Of a DNA stretch of 64,000 nt, positions 38,491 to 47,773 are shown piece after piece. Below the pieces are notes generated by a model. It had not been told where the DNA came from and made no database searches. It saw nothing but the letters and a program-made list of their open reading frames with translations. Made by a program: the position numbers and the translations under genes. The number at the start of each line of letters is the position of its first letter. The stretch's first letter is position 1. This DNA is from Candidatus Fervidifonticultor sextus (GTDB lineage: Bacteria > Sysuimicrobiota > Sysuimicrobiia > Sysuimicrobiales > Humicultoraceae), in the NCBI GenBank assembly GCA_031459875.1, contig JAVKHQ010000003.1, positions 64,001 through 128,000 on the forward strand, in the 5' to 3' direction.

Positions 38491-38685
38491 ATGGGGGGCC
38501 TTGGGCGATACCTTACCAACCCCTACTGCTGGCGGCGGGAGGTACAGCGGCACTCTGCGATCCTGACCTGCCACCCTGCGATGATCTCCGAGGTGGGCGC
38601 CCACGAGATCGCAGGGACCGCCCCCTTCCGCGATGTCGTCGATTGGCTGGAAGACCGCAGCTACGGTGCCTTTGGCCTTCGGTGA
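38491..38685 (+). pseudogene. Short gene remnant (possibly an internally deleted FkbM-type gene)
   Basis: N-terminus RYLTNPYCWRR mirrors the next gene's RYLRDPYYWRR; C-terminus HPAMISEV...DWLEDRSY resembles an FkbM C-terminus; tightly abuts both neighbours. Confidence 0.4.
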
Positions 38686-39803
38686 GGGACTGGAAGCGGT
38701 ATCTTCGGGATCCCTACTACTGGCGCCGGGGCGTCCTCCGCGTGCTGGAGGCCACAACCCGGCGGCTCCACCTGGAGACCTATCTGGATCGCCTGATCGC
38801 CGAGGGGGCGCACGGGGTGAGCGTGCGCCCTGGCACGGCCCTGGAAGGGCCGGGGGCAGGGCTGCGGCTCCTCTACGTCGCTCCCAAGTTCGACAACGGG
38901 AATCCCGCCCGGGGCTACAGCTACGAGGAGAACCACTTTTTTCCGGCGCTGGTGAGCCTGGGCTTTACGCCGGTCCGGTTCGACTCCCTGACGCTGGTCC
39001 GCCGCCTGGGCAGGAAGGCCGCCAGCGACCTATTGGTGGAACTCGCCTTCCGCCTGCGGCCGGACGTCGCCTTCTTCGTGCTCTTCAAAGACGACTTCGA
39101 GGACGCCGCGGTGGAGGAGCTCCGGCGGCTGGGGTGCGTGACCTTCAACTGGTTCACCGACGACCACTGGCGGTTCGAGGATTTCTCCAGCCGATGGGCG
39201 CCGCGCTTCAGTGTGGCGATCACCACCGATCCCCGAGCCGTGCGGCGCTATCAAGAGCGTGGAATCACCAACGTCATCCAGTCGCAGTGGGGCGTCAACC
39301 ACCGCCTCTACCGCCCGCTGGACCGTCCCCGCCGCTACCAGGTGACATTCATCGGCCAGCCCCACGGCAACCGGCGGGCGATCCTGAGGGCGCTGCAGCA
39401 GAGAGGCATTGCAGTGGAAGCCTGGGGGTACGGATGGCCCCGGGGAAAACTCTCCACGCGCCAGGCGGTCGAGGTCATCAACGAGTCCACAGTCAACCTC
39501 AACCTGTCCAAGGCGGTCACGGGCGGGGTGGACCAGATCAAGGGCCGCGACTTCGAGGTTCCCGCGTGCCAGGGGCTCCTGCTGACCGCACGGGTGGAGG
39601 CCCTGGAGCAGTACTACGACCTGGGCACCGAGGTCCTGACCTATGAGGGCTTCGAGGATCTGGTAGACAAGATCCGGTGGGTAGTGGGCCACCCGGCGGA
39701 AGCGGACCGCGTCCGGGAGGCCGGGTACCGGCGGGTACTCCGCGATCACACCTACGAGCATCGTTTTACGGAGATCTTTCGCCGCGCCGGGGTGTTTCGA
39801 TAG
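38682..39803 (+). CDS. CgeB-family glycosyltransferase
   Basis: WFTDD, VTFIG, NLN.S, QIKGRDFEVPAC, GYRRVLRDHTYEHR. Confidence 0.85.
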   Translation: MRDWKRYLRDPYYWRRGVLRVLEATTRRLHLETYLDRLIAEGAHGVSVRPGTALEGPGAGLRLLYVAPKFDNGNPARGYSYEENHFFPALVSLGFTPVRFDSLTLVRRLGRKAASDLLVELAFRLRPDVAFFVLFKDDFEDAAVEELRRLGCVTFNWFTDDHWRFEDFSSRWAPRFSVAITTDPRAVRRYQERGITNVIQSQWGVNHRLYRPLDRPRRYQVTFIGQPHGNRRAILRALQQRGIAVEAWGYGWPRGKLSTRQAVEVINESTVNLNLSKAVTGGVDQIKGRDFEVPACQGLLLTARVEALEQYYDLGTEVLTYEGFEDLVDKIRWVVGHPAEADRVREAGYRRVLRDHTYEHRFTEIFRRAGVFR

Positions 39804-39879
39804 CTGATCAGCAAGGCCCTCGGGGCCGGGTTGACCGACCTCTGTGCCGCCCCTATGATCAGCCCGAGAGGATGCGGGC

Positions 39880-40611
39880 ATGGCAGCGGAGCAGCGCGTT
39901 GACAGGCTGGAGCAGGCGCTCGTCGCGCTGGCCGAGGCCCAGGCGCGGACGGAGCGGGCGCTGGCCGTCCTGACCGGGCGGACCGATCGGGTCGAGGTGG
40001 CGCTGGCCCGGAGCGAAGAACGCCTGGATCGGGTCGAGGCGGCGCTGGCCCGGCTGGCGGAGGCGCAGGCCCGGACCGAGGAACGCCTGGATCGGGTCGA
40101 GGCGGCGCTGGCCCGGCTGGCGGAGGCGCAGGCCCGGACCGAGGAACGCCTGGATCGGGTCGAGGCGGCGCTGGCCCGCCTGGCGGACGCGCAGGCCCGG
40201 ACCGAATCGGTTGTCCAGGAACTGGCCCGGCAGGTTGGGCGACTGAGCGAAACGGTGGGTTTCGCCCTGGAAGACCTGGCGAGGGAGGTCAGCCCGGCGT
40301 ACCTGGCCAGGCATTACGGCATCCAGGTTGAAGCCCTCGAGCGGCGGTTCTTTCTTCTGGACGGCCGTGAGGTCGAGGTGGACTTCTACGGCGTGGGAAG
40401 GCGGGATGGCGAGACCGTGGCGGTGCTCGGCGAAGTGCGCAGCCGCATCTACGGTCGGGACGTCGAGGCGGCCATTCGAGAAGCCCGGGCACTCGCCCCG
40501 CAGTTGCCCGGGGCGCCGGTCACGGTGCTCTTTGGGTTCGTGATCCATCCTTCTGCCCGAGAAGCCGCCGATCGGTTGGGCGCCATCCTCATCACCTCTT
40601 CGGGACGGTAG
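39880..40611 (+). CDS. Heptad-repeat coiled-coil protein with C-terminal PD-(D/E)XK-like domain
   Basis: 21-aa repeats; C-terminal EVD...GEVRS...A...A..LG. Confidence 0.7.
   Translation: MAAEQRVDRLEQALVALAEAQARTERALAVLTGRTDRVEVALARSEERLDRVEAALARLAEAQARTEERLDRVEAALARLAEAQARTEERLDRVEAALARLADAQARTESVVQELARQVGRLSETVGFALEDLAREVSPAYLARHYGIQVEALERRFFLLDGREVEVDFYGVGRRDGETVAVLGEVRSRIYGRDVEAAIREARALAPQLPGAPVTVLFGFVIHPSAREAADRLGAILITSSGR
40018..40206 (+). repeat. 3 x 63-bp in-frame tandem repeat
   Basis: Units start at 40018, 40081 and 40144 and encode ERLDRVEAALARLAEAQARTE; the first two are identical. Confidence 0.95.
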
Positions 40612-40643
40612 CGGCTCCTGCTGGAGGCAGGTCGGCTGGGCGC

Positions 40644-41798
40644 TCAGCCCGGTCTGCCACCGCCTGTCTCCCGCCGCGCCACCTCCACCAGCGCGGCCGC
40701 GATGCGCCCCGCCGCTCCCGGCGGTCCCATCCGGGCTCTCCCGATCTCGCCCCGGCGCCGGCGTTCCTCCGAGTCGCGCAGCAGCCGGACCACGGCCGCG
40801 GCCGCCTCGCGCCAGTTCCGCGTGGGCACCAGGGCGTCGCCCAGCAGCCGGTGCTGCGTGGTCAGGAACTGCGGGCCGAACTGCGCGCTGGGGCCGGGAA
40901 ACGCCACCACCGGCCGTCCCAGCCCCGCCGCCTGCTCGTGGGCGGTTCCGGCCATCCCGAGCACCACCCACGCGCGGGCCACCGCATCGGGAAAGGAGCG
41001 GGTCAGGTGCAGGCGCGCCGACCCAACGGCCACTGCGCCGTCGCGGGAGACCGGAGCGGATGTCAGGGCACACAGGCGGTCCCTGAGCGCGGCCTCCGAG
41101 ACGGTCGGGGCCACCGCCATCAGGAAGCCGATCTCGCCGATCTCGTCGGCAATCGCCCCCGCCGCCCGCGCGATGAGCACCGCGTTCTCCGGCGCATCGC
41201 GGCGGCTGCCCGGCAGCAGCGTGACGACCGGCGTCTGCGGGGGCCACCCGAACGTCTCGCCGGTGAGGTCGAGTTGATCCATCATGACATTGCCGACCGA
41301 GACCGCCGGCAGGCCGTGCGCCGCCAGGGCCGAGGCGGTCTCGGGATCGCGGGTGAACGTCTGCCGCGCGTATCGGCGGATGATCCACCGCGCCTGCGCC
41401 CCGAACCCCCCGGTGTGGACCGAGTCGGCCGTGGAGACGAAGATCACCTCCCCGGACGCGAAATGGGCCATCCACAGGCAGTAGACATCGCCAACGGCGA
41501 CCACGAGGTCGAACCGGCCCCGCTGTGCCGCCAGGATCCGGCGCTGCGCGCGCCACAGCCCGACGATGCCGGCGGCCAGATCGGCGCGCAGGCCCCGCAT
41601 GCCGGCGCGGAACGAGAAGCCGCCGCTGGGCAGATCGCTCCGGGGGTCGAGCAGGGGGACCGTCGGGGGGTAGAGCCCCGTCCCGACCAGCGGGTAGGCG
41701 GTGACGGCGAATCCCTCCGGCGACAGCGACGCGAGAATACGGGAAGCGATCAGGTCCTCGCTGACGCCGTTGCTGACGAAGAGGATCCGCGCCGTCAT
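40644..41798 (-). CDS. Lipid-A-disaccharide-synthase-related protein (GT-B fold)
   Basis: LFVSNG..ED, LPSGGF, GNVMMD, LLPGSR, GMAGTA.EQ..GLGRPV, GPPGAA.RIA. Confidence 0.8.
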   Translation of the reverse strand: MTARILFVSNGVSEDLIASRILASLSPEGFAVTAYPLVGTGLYPPTVPLLDPRSDLPSGGFSFRAGMRGLRADLAAGIVGLWRAQRRILAAQRGRFDLVVAVGDVYCLWMAHFASGEVIFVSTADSVHTGGFGAQARWIIRRYARQTFTRDPETASALAAHGLPAVSVGNVMMDQLDLTGETFGWPPQTPVVTLLPGSRRDAPENAVLIARAAGAIADEIGEIGFLMAVAPTVSEAALRDRLCALTSAPVSRDGAVAVGSARLHLTRSFPDAVARAWVVLGMAGTAHEQAAGLGRPVVAFPGPSAQFGPQFLTTQHRLLGDALVPTRNWREAAAAVVRLLRDSEERRRRGEIGRARMGPPGAAGRIAAALVEVARRETGGGRPG

Positions 41799-42721
41799 CG
41801 CCGCCGCCTGGCGTCGAACACCCCCTGGTAGAATGACCGCCACAACAGGTGGCTGTAGACTTCGTTGGCCACCAGCGTCAGCCCGGTGCGCTCAGACAGC
41901 CACAGCACCGGCAGCAGCGCGGCGGTGAACAGGCCGCTGCGGTAGACCAGCCACTTGAGCGGGAGCATCACCGGCAGGATCTCCAGGAAGAGGCCCAGGC
42001 GCCAGTCCCGGTTGTGCTTCATCCAGAAGTAGACCGCTCCCTCACCGGCCTGCCGGAGTTTCTCCCGCGCCTCGGCCAGCGTCTGGACGTGATAGTGGTA
42101 CCCCAGCGCCGTGGGCTCGTAGCGGAGCGTCACGCCGTCCGCCACCATCCGGAAGGCCAGCTCGATGTCCTCCCAGCCGTAGCCCCGGAAGCCTTCGTCG
42201 AACCCGCCCACCCGACGGAACGCGTCGGCGTCCACCGAGAAGTTGCGCGTCACCACATGGTAGGGCGACAGTCCCACGCGGCGGCGGATCGTCGCATCGG
42301 GGATGATGTTGCGTGCCCGCATGAACATGGTCGTCAGGCTGTCGGGATGGTCTTTCCATCGTCCCTGGACCCCGATGTTGCGCCGTCCCTCGTGATGGGC
42401 CAGGTGGGCCGAGACGAGCCCGGGCGTCGCCCAGATGTCGGCATCGAGGAACAGGAGCACCCGGCCCTGCGCCGCCTGAGCGCCCAGGTTGCGCGCCGCC
42501 GCCCGGCCGCGGTGGGCCTGTCGGAGCACGCGGAACGAACCTCGGCCCGGGTGCCGTGCAATCTGCTCCACCGACCCGTCGGTTGAGCCGTCGTCGACGA
42601 CGATGACCTCGTAGCGCTCCGGCGGGGCATCCTGTGCGCGGAGGGCCTCCAGGGCCCGCTGGAGCACCCACCCGCCGTTGTAGGTCGGGATGATGACGCT
42701 GACCTCCGGTTGCGATCCCAC
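41795..42721 (-). CDS. Glycosyltransferase family 2
   Basis: VSVIIPTYN, DDGSTD, FLDAD, GFDEGFRGYGWEDIEL. Confidence 0.9.
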   Translation of the reverse strand: MGSQPEVSVIIPTYNGGWVLQRALEALRAQDAPPERYEVIVVDDGSTDGSVEQIARHPGRGSFRVLRQAHRGRAAARNLGAQAAQGRVLLFLDADIWATPGLVSAHLAHHEGRRNIGVQGRWKDHPDSLTTMFMRARNIIPDATIRRRVGLSPYHVVTRNFSVDADAFRRVGGFDEGFRGYGWEDIELAFRMVADGVTLRYEPTALGYHYHVQTLAEAREKLRQAGEGAVYFWMKHNRDWRLGLFLEILPVMLPLKWLVYRSGLFTAALLPVLWLSERTGLTLVANEVYSHLLWRSFYQGVFDARRRR

Positions 42722-43869
42722 TACCCGTCCCTTGCGGCGCCCAGCGCGAACAGCGCGATCAGCCCATATCCGGTGTGCCAGGACATGACCGTGGCATCGA
42801 AGAGCTGGTGGGTCAGGATGGCCACCGCCGCCGCCAAGAACCCCGCCCACAGCCCGTCGGTACGCCCATCGCCTCGGTGCTGGCCGAGGCGCCGCCACAG
42901 CCCGCCCAGCCCGGCCCCCACGAAGGCCAGAAACGCCGCCAGCCCGAGCAGGCCCGTTTCCGCGGCAAAGTTGAGGTAGACGTTGTGGGCCGTGGGCTTC
43001 TCGCCATAGCGGGGGTCGGGCGAGTAGCGCGGCCAGATCCGGGTGAACGTGCCGTACCCGGTTCCCAGCGCGGGATGGTTGCGGACAATCTTCGGCACCG
43101 ACCGCCAGAGGTCCCACCGGTCCACGTTGGCCTCGAGGCTGGGGATCGATCCCAGCCGCCGGGCGAGCGGCTCACGCTTCTGGCCGATGGCGAGCGTCGC
43201 CAGGACCACCGAGGCCAGGCAGAGGACGACCAGCGCCCCCCTGGCCCTTGGCGCCACCGCGATCAGGACGGCCGCCGCCGCAGCGGTCCCGATCCAGGCT
43301 CCCCGGGATCCGGTCAACTCCAGGCCCGCGGCCAGGACCGGCAGACCGAACGCGATGAGGCCGCGCTGCACCCGGCCCGACGCCACCGTCCAGGTTCCCA
43401 GGGTGAGTGCGTAGGCCGCCGCCAGGGTCGTGCCCAGCCCGTTCGCTCCCACCGCCGGCGTGGACGCCGCCACGGGCCAGGTCCCCGAGCGCGCAATTCC
43501 CCAGACCGCGGCAGCCAGCCCTCCGGCGATCCACGCCCAGGCGATCGCCCCGACCGCACCGCGTCCGACGCGGAGGGCCAGCCCCACGGAGAAGACCGTC
43601 ACCAGGACGGCAGCGGCGAACAGCGTGGCCAGGCCGACAGACTCCCCGCGCCACTCGGAGGCCAGGCCGGAAGCCAGGACCGCGGCCAGCAGCGCCCCCA
43701 TGGGACGGTCCAACGTCGTGGGGATCCAGCGCCGGCGCCCCGCGAGCACGGCGCCCAGACTCAGGACCAGCAGGATCGGCAGGACCCACCCCGCATATCC
43801 CGAGGAGTATGCGAACGCCGCCACCAGCGTGGCCGCGTAGCAGAGCCGCTCCACCTGCGGGACCGTCAC
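42721..43869 (-). CDS. O-antigen ligase (WaaL/Wzy_C) family protein
   Basis: Multi-TM, TGSRGAW, P..G.GYGTF, AHNVYLNFAAETGLLGL. Confidence 0.87.
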   Translation of the reverse strand: MTVPQVERLCYAATLVAAFAYSSGYAGWVLPILLVLSLGAVLAGRRRWIPTTLDRPMGALLAAVLASGLASEWRGESVGLATLFAAAVLVTVFSVGLALRVGRGAVGAIAWAWIAGGLAAAVWGIARSGTWPVAASTPAVGANGLGTTLAAAYALTLGTWTVASGRVQRGLIAFGLPVLAAGLELTGSRGAWIGTAAAAAVLIAVAPRARGALVVLCLASVVLATLAIGQKREPLARRLGSIPSLEANVDRWDLWRSVPKIVRNHPALGTGYGTFTRIWPRYSPDPRYGEKPTAHNVYLNFAAETGLLGLAAFLAFVGAGLGGLWRRLGQHRGDGRTDGLWAGFLAAAVAILTHQLFDATVMSWHTGYGLIALFALGAARDG

Positions 43870-45029
43870 GCTGGCTTCCCGGAGGCCTTGAGACTGGCGG
43901 CAGCCCCCAGGCCGACGAGGGCGTACAGCCCCACGGCCATGTGCGCGCCCATCACGGTCCCATCGACAAGCTGGTGGCCTACGAGCGCCACGAAGGCCGC
44001 CAGGGCTGCGGCGCTGACGGCCGACGCAGGACTGCCCGCCGGGGTCCGAAGGCCCCAGCGGACCAGGTCCAGGAGGCCGGCGCCCAGGAAGAGCAGCAGC
44101 GCCACCAGTCCCAGCAGTCCGGTCTCGACGGCGAAATTCAGGAAGAGATTGTGCGCGAACGGCACGCCCGGCAGCGCCGGATCCCGCTGGGCACTTCCTT
44201 CGTACGCGAAGATGAAGGTGCCGAATCCGCTGCCCAGCAGGGGACGGCTAGCGACCAGCCCCGGCACCGCGCGCCAGACCGCAATCCGGCTGAACGGTCC
44301 CTCGGCCGGCGCCACGTCGCGCAGGCGCGCGAGGTGCCAGGCCCAGCGAGGGGCGAGCGCGGCCGCCGAGACGCCGAGGATCACCGCCGCCGCCAGCGCG
44401 GCCGGCCACAGCCGCCGCACCCCGATCCGCCCAGCCAGCGTCGCCAGGCCCAGCCCGGCGCCCAGCCAGGCACCCCGAGACCAGGTCAGGACCAGCGCCA
44501 GGGCCACGACCGGTAGCGCCGCCATGCTGAAGAGGCGTCGGCGTCGGGGTCCGGCGGCCGACAGGCCCGCCAGGAGGACCGTGGCGACGGCCATCGTGGT
44601 GCCCAGGGCGTTATAGCCCATCCCCGGGATCTGCGCTCTGGCCGTGACGCTGGCGTCCAGGCCGGCAATCGCCCAGACGGCGGCGACCGAGCCTCCGATC
44701 GCCCACGCGGTCAGGAACTGCTCCGGGAACTGCGGCCGGCGCGCGGCCAGGACCACGGCGCGGATCAGCACCAGAGCGGTGCCGGCGAAGATGGCGCACG
44801 CCGTCAGCGCGAACGGGCGCCACTCCGAGAGCACCGAGGAGAGGACGGCGATCCCGATCAGGCTCATCAGCCCCACGTCCAACGACGTGCGGTCCCACAG
44901 CGGTTCTCCGGCCACGAGTTCGCCGATCGCCAGCACCATGAGCACACCCAGACCGACGGCGGCGTGTCCCATGGAGTACTGGAACGCGATCACCAGCAGC
45001 AGCCCCTGGCGCCACCGCCACGCCTCCAC
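43866..45029 (-). CDS. O-antigen ligase (WaaL/Wzy_C) family protein
   Basis: Multi-TM, TWSRGAW, PLLGSGFGTF, AHNLFLNFAVETGLLGL. Confidence 0.87.
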   Translation of the reverse strand: MEAWRWRQGLLLVIAFQYSMGHAAVGLGVLMVLAIGELVAGEPLWDRTSLDVGLMSLIGIAVLSSVLSEWRPFALTACAIFAGTALVLIRAVVLAARRPQFPEQFLTAWAIGGSVAAVWAIAGLDASVTARAQIPGMGYNALGTTMAVATVLLAGLSAAGPRRRRLFSMAALPVVALALVLTWSRGAWLGAGLGLATLAGRIGVRRLWPAALAAAVILGVSAAALAPRWAWHLARLRDVAPAEGPFSRIAVWRAVPGLVASRPLLGSGFGTFIFAYEGSAQRDPALPGVPFAHNLFLNFAVETGLLGLVALLLFLGAGLLDLVRWGLRTPAGSPASAVSAAALAAFVALVGHQLVDGTVMGAHMAVGLYALVGLGAAASLKASGKPA

Positions 45030-45030
45030 T

Positions 45031-45960
45031 TTATCGGCCCTCGGGGATCATCCTGAACCGGTCCAGCGAGGCCAGGTAGTGCCGGTTGAGGACGCCGCGG
45101 ACGACCAGGCCGGCCAGCGTGTAGTACCCCCGGGCCTGCAGCCAGCGCGCAATCCGCGGGGCGTTGCGGACCGTGAGCATCCCGGCGCCGCCCAGGAGGA
45201 AGTGCGCGGCGCGCTGCAGCGGCGTGTCCTGGATCATCCAGCGGGTCTTCGGCCCGGGGTGCTTGCGCAGCAGGTAGAGGGCCGTGCGGGCCCGCTCTTC
45301 CTCCTTGGCCAGGTGACGGTCCAGGGAGTCTGGGGTCGGCAGGGGCTGCACGTGGTAGGCGATGGCGCCGGGGTCGAAGACGCGCGGGATCCCCCGCTCG
45401 GCGAGACGCAGTCCCAGATCGAAGTCCTCCCATCCGTACACCCGGAATCCCTCGTCGAACAGCCCCGCGTCGATCAGCACCTGCCGCGGAATGGAGGCGT
45501 TCGCCGTGTCGAGATAGGCGGGAGATGTGCGGGCCATGGGGTCGCGGTCGGGCAGCACCGGGGAGGGGATGAGCACGACCGGACCGCGGCCCACCACCGG
45601 CCGCTCGGCGGCGCGGTGGAGCGCCAGGTGCCGGTGCAGGAAATCCCGGCGGACCAGGACGTCGCTGTCCACGAACACGATCACCGGCGCCTCGGCCGTC
45701 CTGACCCCGGCGTTGCGGGCGGCGCTGCGGCCGCGGTTGGCGTCGAGGCGCACCGACCGGACGCGGACGCGGCCCGCGGAGGCTGCGGCAACGACCTGGG
45801 GGGTCTCGTCCGTCGAGCCGTCGTCCACCACGACGATCTCGTAGGCGGCCGGCGCCAGCGACTGATCCACCAGGTGCCCCAGGGCGTGGCGGAGCAGGGC
45901 GGCATCGTTGTACGTGGGCACCACCACGCTGAGATGCGGCGCGGCTTTGCGGTGGCTCAT
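45031..45960 (-). CDS. Glycosyltransferase family 2
   Basis: SVVVPTYN, DDGSTD, FVDSD, FDEGFRVYGWEDFDLG. Confidence 0.9.
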   Translation of the reverse strand: MSHRKAAPHLSVVVPTYNDAALLRHALGHLVDQSLAPAAYEIVVVDDGSTDETPQVVAAASAGRVRVRSVRLDANRGRSAARNAGVRTAEAPVIVFVDSDVLVRRDFLHRHLALHRAAERPVVGRGPVVLIPSPVLPDRDPMARTSPAYLDTANASIPRQVLIDAGLFDEGFRVYGWEDFDLGLRLAERGIPRVFDPGAIAYHVQPLPTPDSLDRHLAKEEERARTALYLLRKHPGPKTRWMIQDTPLQRAAHFLLGGAGMLTVRNAPRIARWLQARGYYTLAGLVVRGVLNRHYLASLDRFRMIPEGR

Positions 45961-45991
45961 CCCGACGCGCACCAACCTCCGGCCGTTCGTG

Positions 45992-47773
45992 TCATGCGCC
46001 CGCGCGCGAGGCACCGGGGACCGCCTGCGGGGGACCCGGCTCGGCCGGCGCGGCATCCAGCCACTGCAGGCGCAACAGCCGCGCGTAGGTCCCCTCGCGC
46101 GCCACCAGCTCTTCGTGGCGGCCGTCCTCGACCACCCGTCCCTGGTCGAGGACGACGATGCGGTCCGCGCCTCGGACGGTCGAGAGGCGGTGCGCGATGA
46201 TGAAGGTCGTACGCCCGCGGGTGATGCGTTCGATCGCCTCCTGGATGAGGGCCTCGGACTCGCTGTCCAGCGCTGAGGTGGCCTCGTCGAAGATGAGCAG
46301 GCGCGGGTGGTTGAGCAGCGCCCGCGCGATGGCCAGGCGCTGCCGCTGGCCCCCCGAGAGCTGCAGGCCGTCGTCACCCAGCACCGTGTCGTAGCCCTGG
46401 GGGAGCGCCATGATGAAGTCGTGGGCGTTGGCAGCCCGGGCGGCTTCCATGACCTCGTCCAGGGTCGCGTCGGGGCGGGCGTAGGCGATGTTCTCGCGGA
46501 TCGGACCGCGGAACAACACGGTCTCCTGAGGGACCAGTCCGATCTGACCCCGCAGCGACCGCAGCGTGACCCGGCGCAGGTCGATCCCATCGATCTCGAC
46601 CTTCCCGCTGGCGGGATCGTAGAAGCGGGCGATCAGGTTGACCAGCGTGCTCTTGCCCGCCCCGCTCAGGCCCACCAGGGCGATGCGTTCCCCCGGCGCC
46701 ACCTCCAAGGAGAGATGGCGCAGGGCCCAGTTCCCCGGGGTGTAGGCGAAGGAGACGTCGTCGAACTTCACGTGTCCGCGGATCGGGGGCAGCGGGACCG
46801 CGCCCGGACTCTCGTGCAGGCCGGCGGGTTCGTCCAGCAGCGCGCGGATGCGGCCGAAGGCGCCCAGGGCCTGCCGCAGTCCGGCGTAGTGCCGCGTGAG
46901 CCCCACCGCCGGCTCGACCGCCAAGCCCACGTACGCCAAAAACGCCACGAGCGAGCCCGCGGTGAGGTCGCCGCCGGTGACGCGCTGGCCGCCGATCCAC
47001 AGGATCAACACGATGCCGAACGCGGTCAGGAAACTCACCACCGGCACCTGCGCGGCGACCATGCGGGCGATGCGGACATTGGCGCCGAACGTCTGCTCGT
47101 TCTCCCGACGGAACCGACCGATCTCCCGCTCCTCCCGGGCGAAGGCGCGGATCACCCGCGCGCCGGCGAAGGCCTCGCGGATGAGCCCGGCCAGGCCGGC
47201 CACGTGCTCCTGGGCGCGGGCCGACGTCCCCTGAATCTCCTGGCCGAACCGGCGGGCGATCCCGCCCACCAGGGGGATCACCAGGGCGATGACCAGCGCC
47301 AGCTGCCAGTCGATCCACACCAGCATGGCGGCGATACCCGCCAGCATCAGTGCTGTGGAGAGCGCGTCGACGGCCCCCATCAGCAGCTGGGTCTGCACGA
47401 CCTGGGTGTCCTGGAGGCTGCGGGCAATCGCGTCGCCGCTGCCCCACACCGCGAAGCGGTCCAGCGACCAGCGCTGGATGCGGGCGAACAGGTCCTGGCG
47501 CAGATCGGCGATGACGCGGTGGCTGAGGAAGAACGTCAGGTAGATCTGGAGGTAGAGGGCCAGACTGCGCGCCCCGAACAGCAGCAACATGAACACCGCC
47601 GCGCGGTTGAGGGCGGCGAATGAGCGCGTCGCGATGAGCTGGTCAATGAGCCTCCCGGCGTAGGCCGGGACGACCAGGTTGGCCGCGGTGACCACCAGCA
47701 TCGCGCCCACGGCCGCCGCGGCCTGCAGGCGGTACGGCGCCATGAAGCCGGCCAGCCGCCGCAGGTCGCTCAC
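45992..47773 (-). CDS. MsbA-like ABC exporter (TMD plus NBD)
   Basis: Multi-TM domain, GLSGAGKS, LSGGQRQR, DEATSALD, IAHRLST. Confidence 0.9.
   Translation of the reverse strand: MSDLRRLAGFMAPYRLQAAAAVGAMLVVTAANLVVPAYAGRLIDQLIATRSFAALNRAAVFMLLLFGARSLALYLQIYLTFFLSHRVIADLRQDLFARIQRWSLDRFAVWGSGDAIARSLQDTQVVQTQLLMGAVDALSTALMLAGIAAMLVWIDWQLALVIALVIPLVGGIARRFGQEIQGTSARAQEHVAGLAGLIREAFAGARVIRAFAREEREIGRFRRENEQTFGANVRIARMVAAQVPVVSFLTAFGIVLILWIGGQRVTGGDLTAGSLVAFLAYVGLAVEPAVGLTRHYAGLRQALGAFGRIRALLDEPAGLHESPGAVPLPPIRGHVKFDDVSFAYTPGNWALRHLSLEVAPGERIALVGLSGAGKSTLVNLIARFYDPASGKVEIDGIDLRRVTLRSLRGQIGLVPQETVLFRGPIRENIAYARPDATLDEVMEAARAANAHDFIMALPQGYDTVLGDDGLQLSGGQRQRLAIARALLNHPRLLIFDEATSALDSESEALIQEAIERITRGRTTFIIAHRLSTVRGADRIVVLDQGRVVEDGRHEELVAREGTYARLLRLQWLDAAPAEPGPPQAVPGASRAGA

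Noticed and set aside
40018..40206. Repeats as a possible CRISPR array
   Set aside because: Contiguous in-frame 63-bp units with no unique spacers and no cas genes
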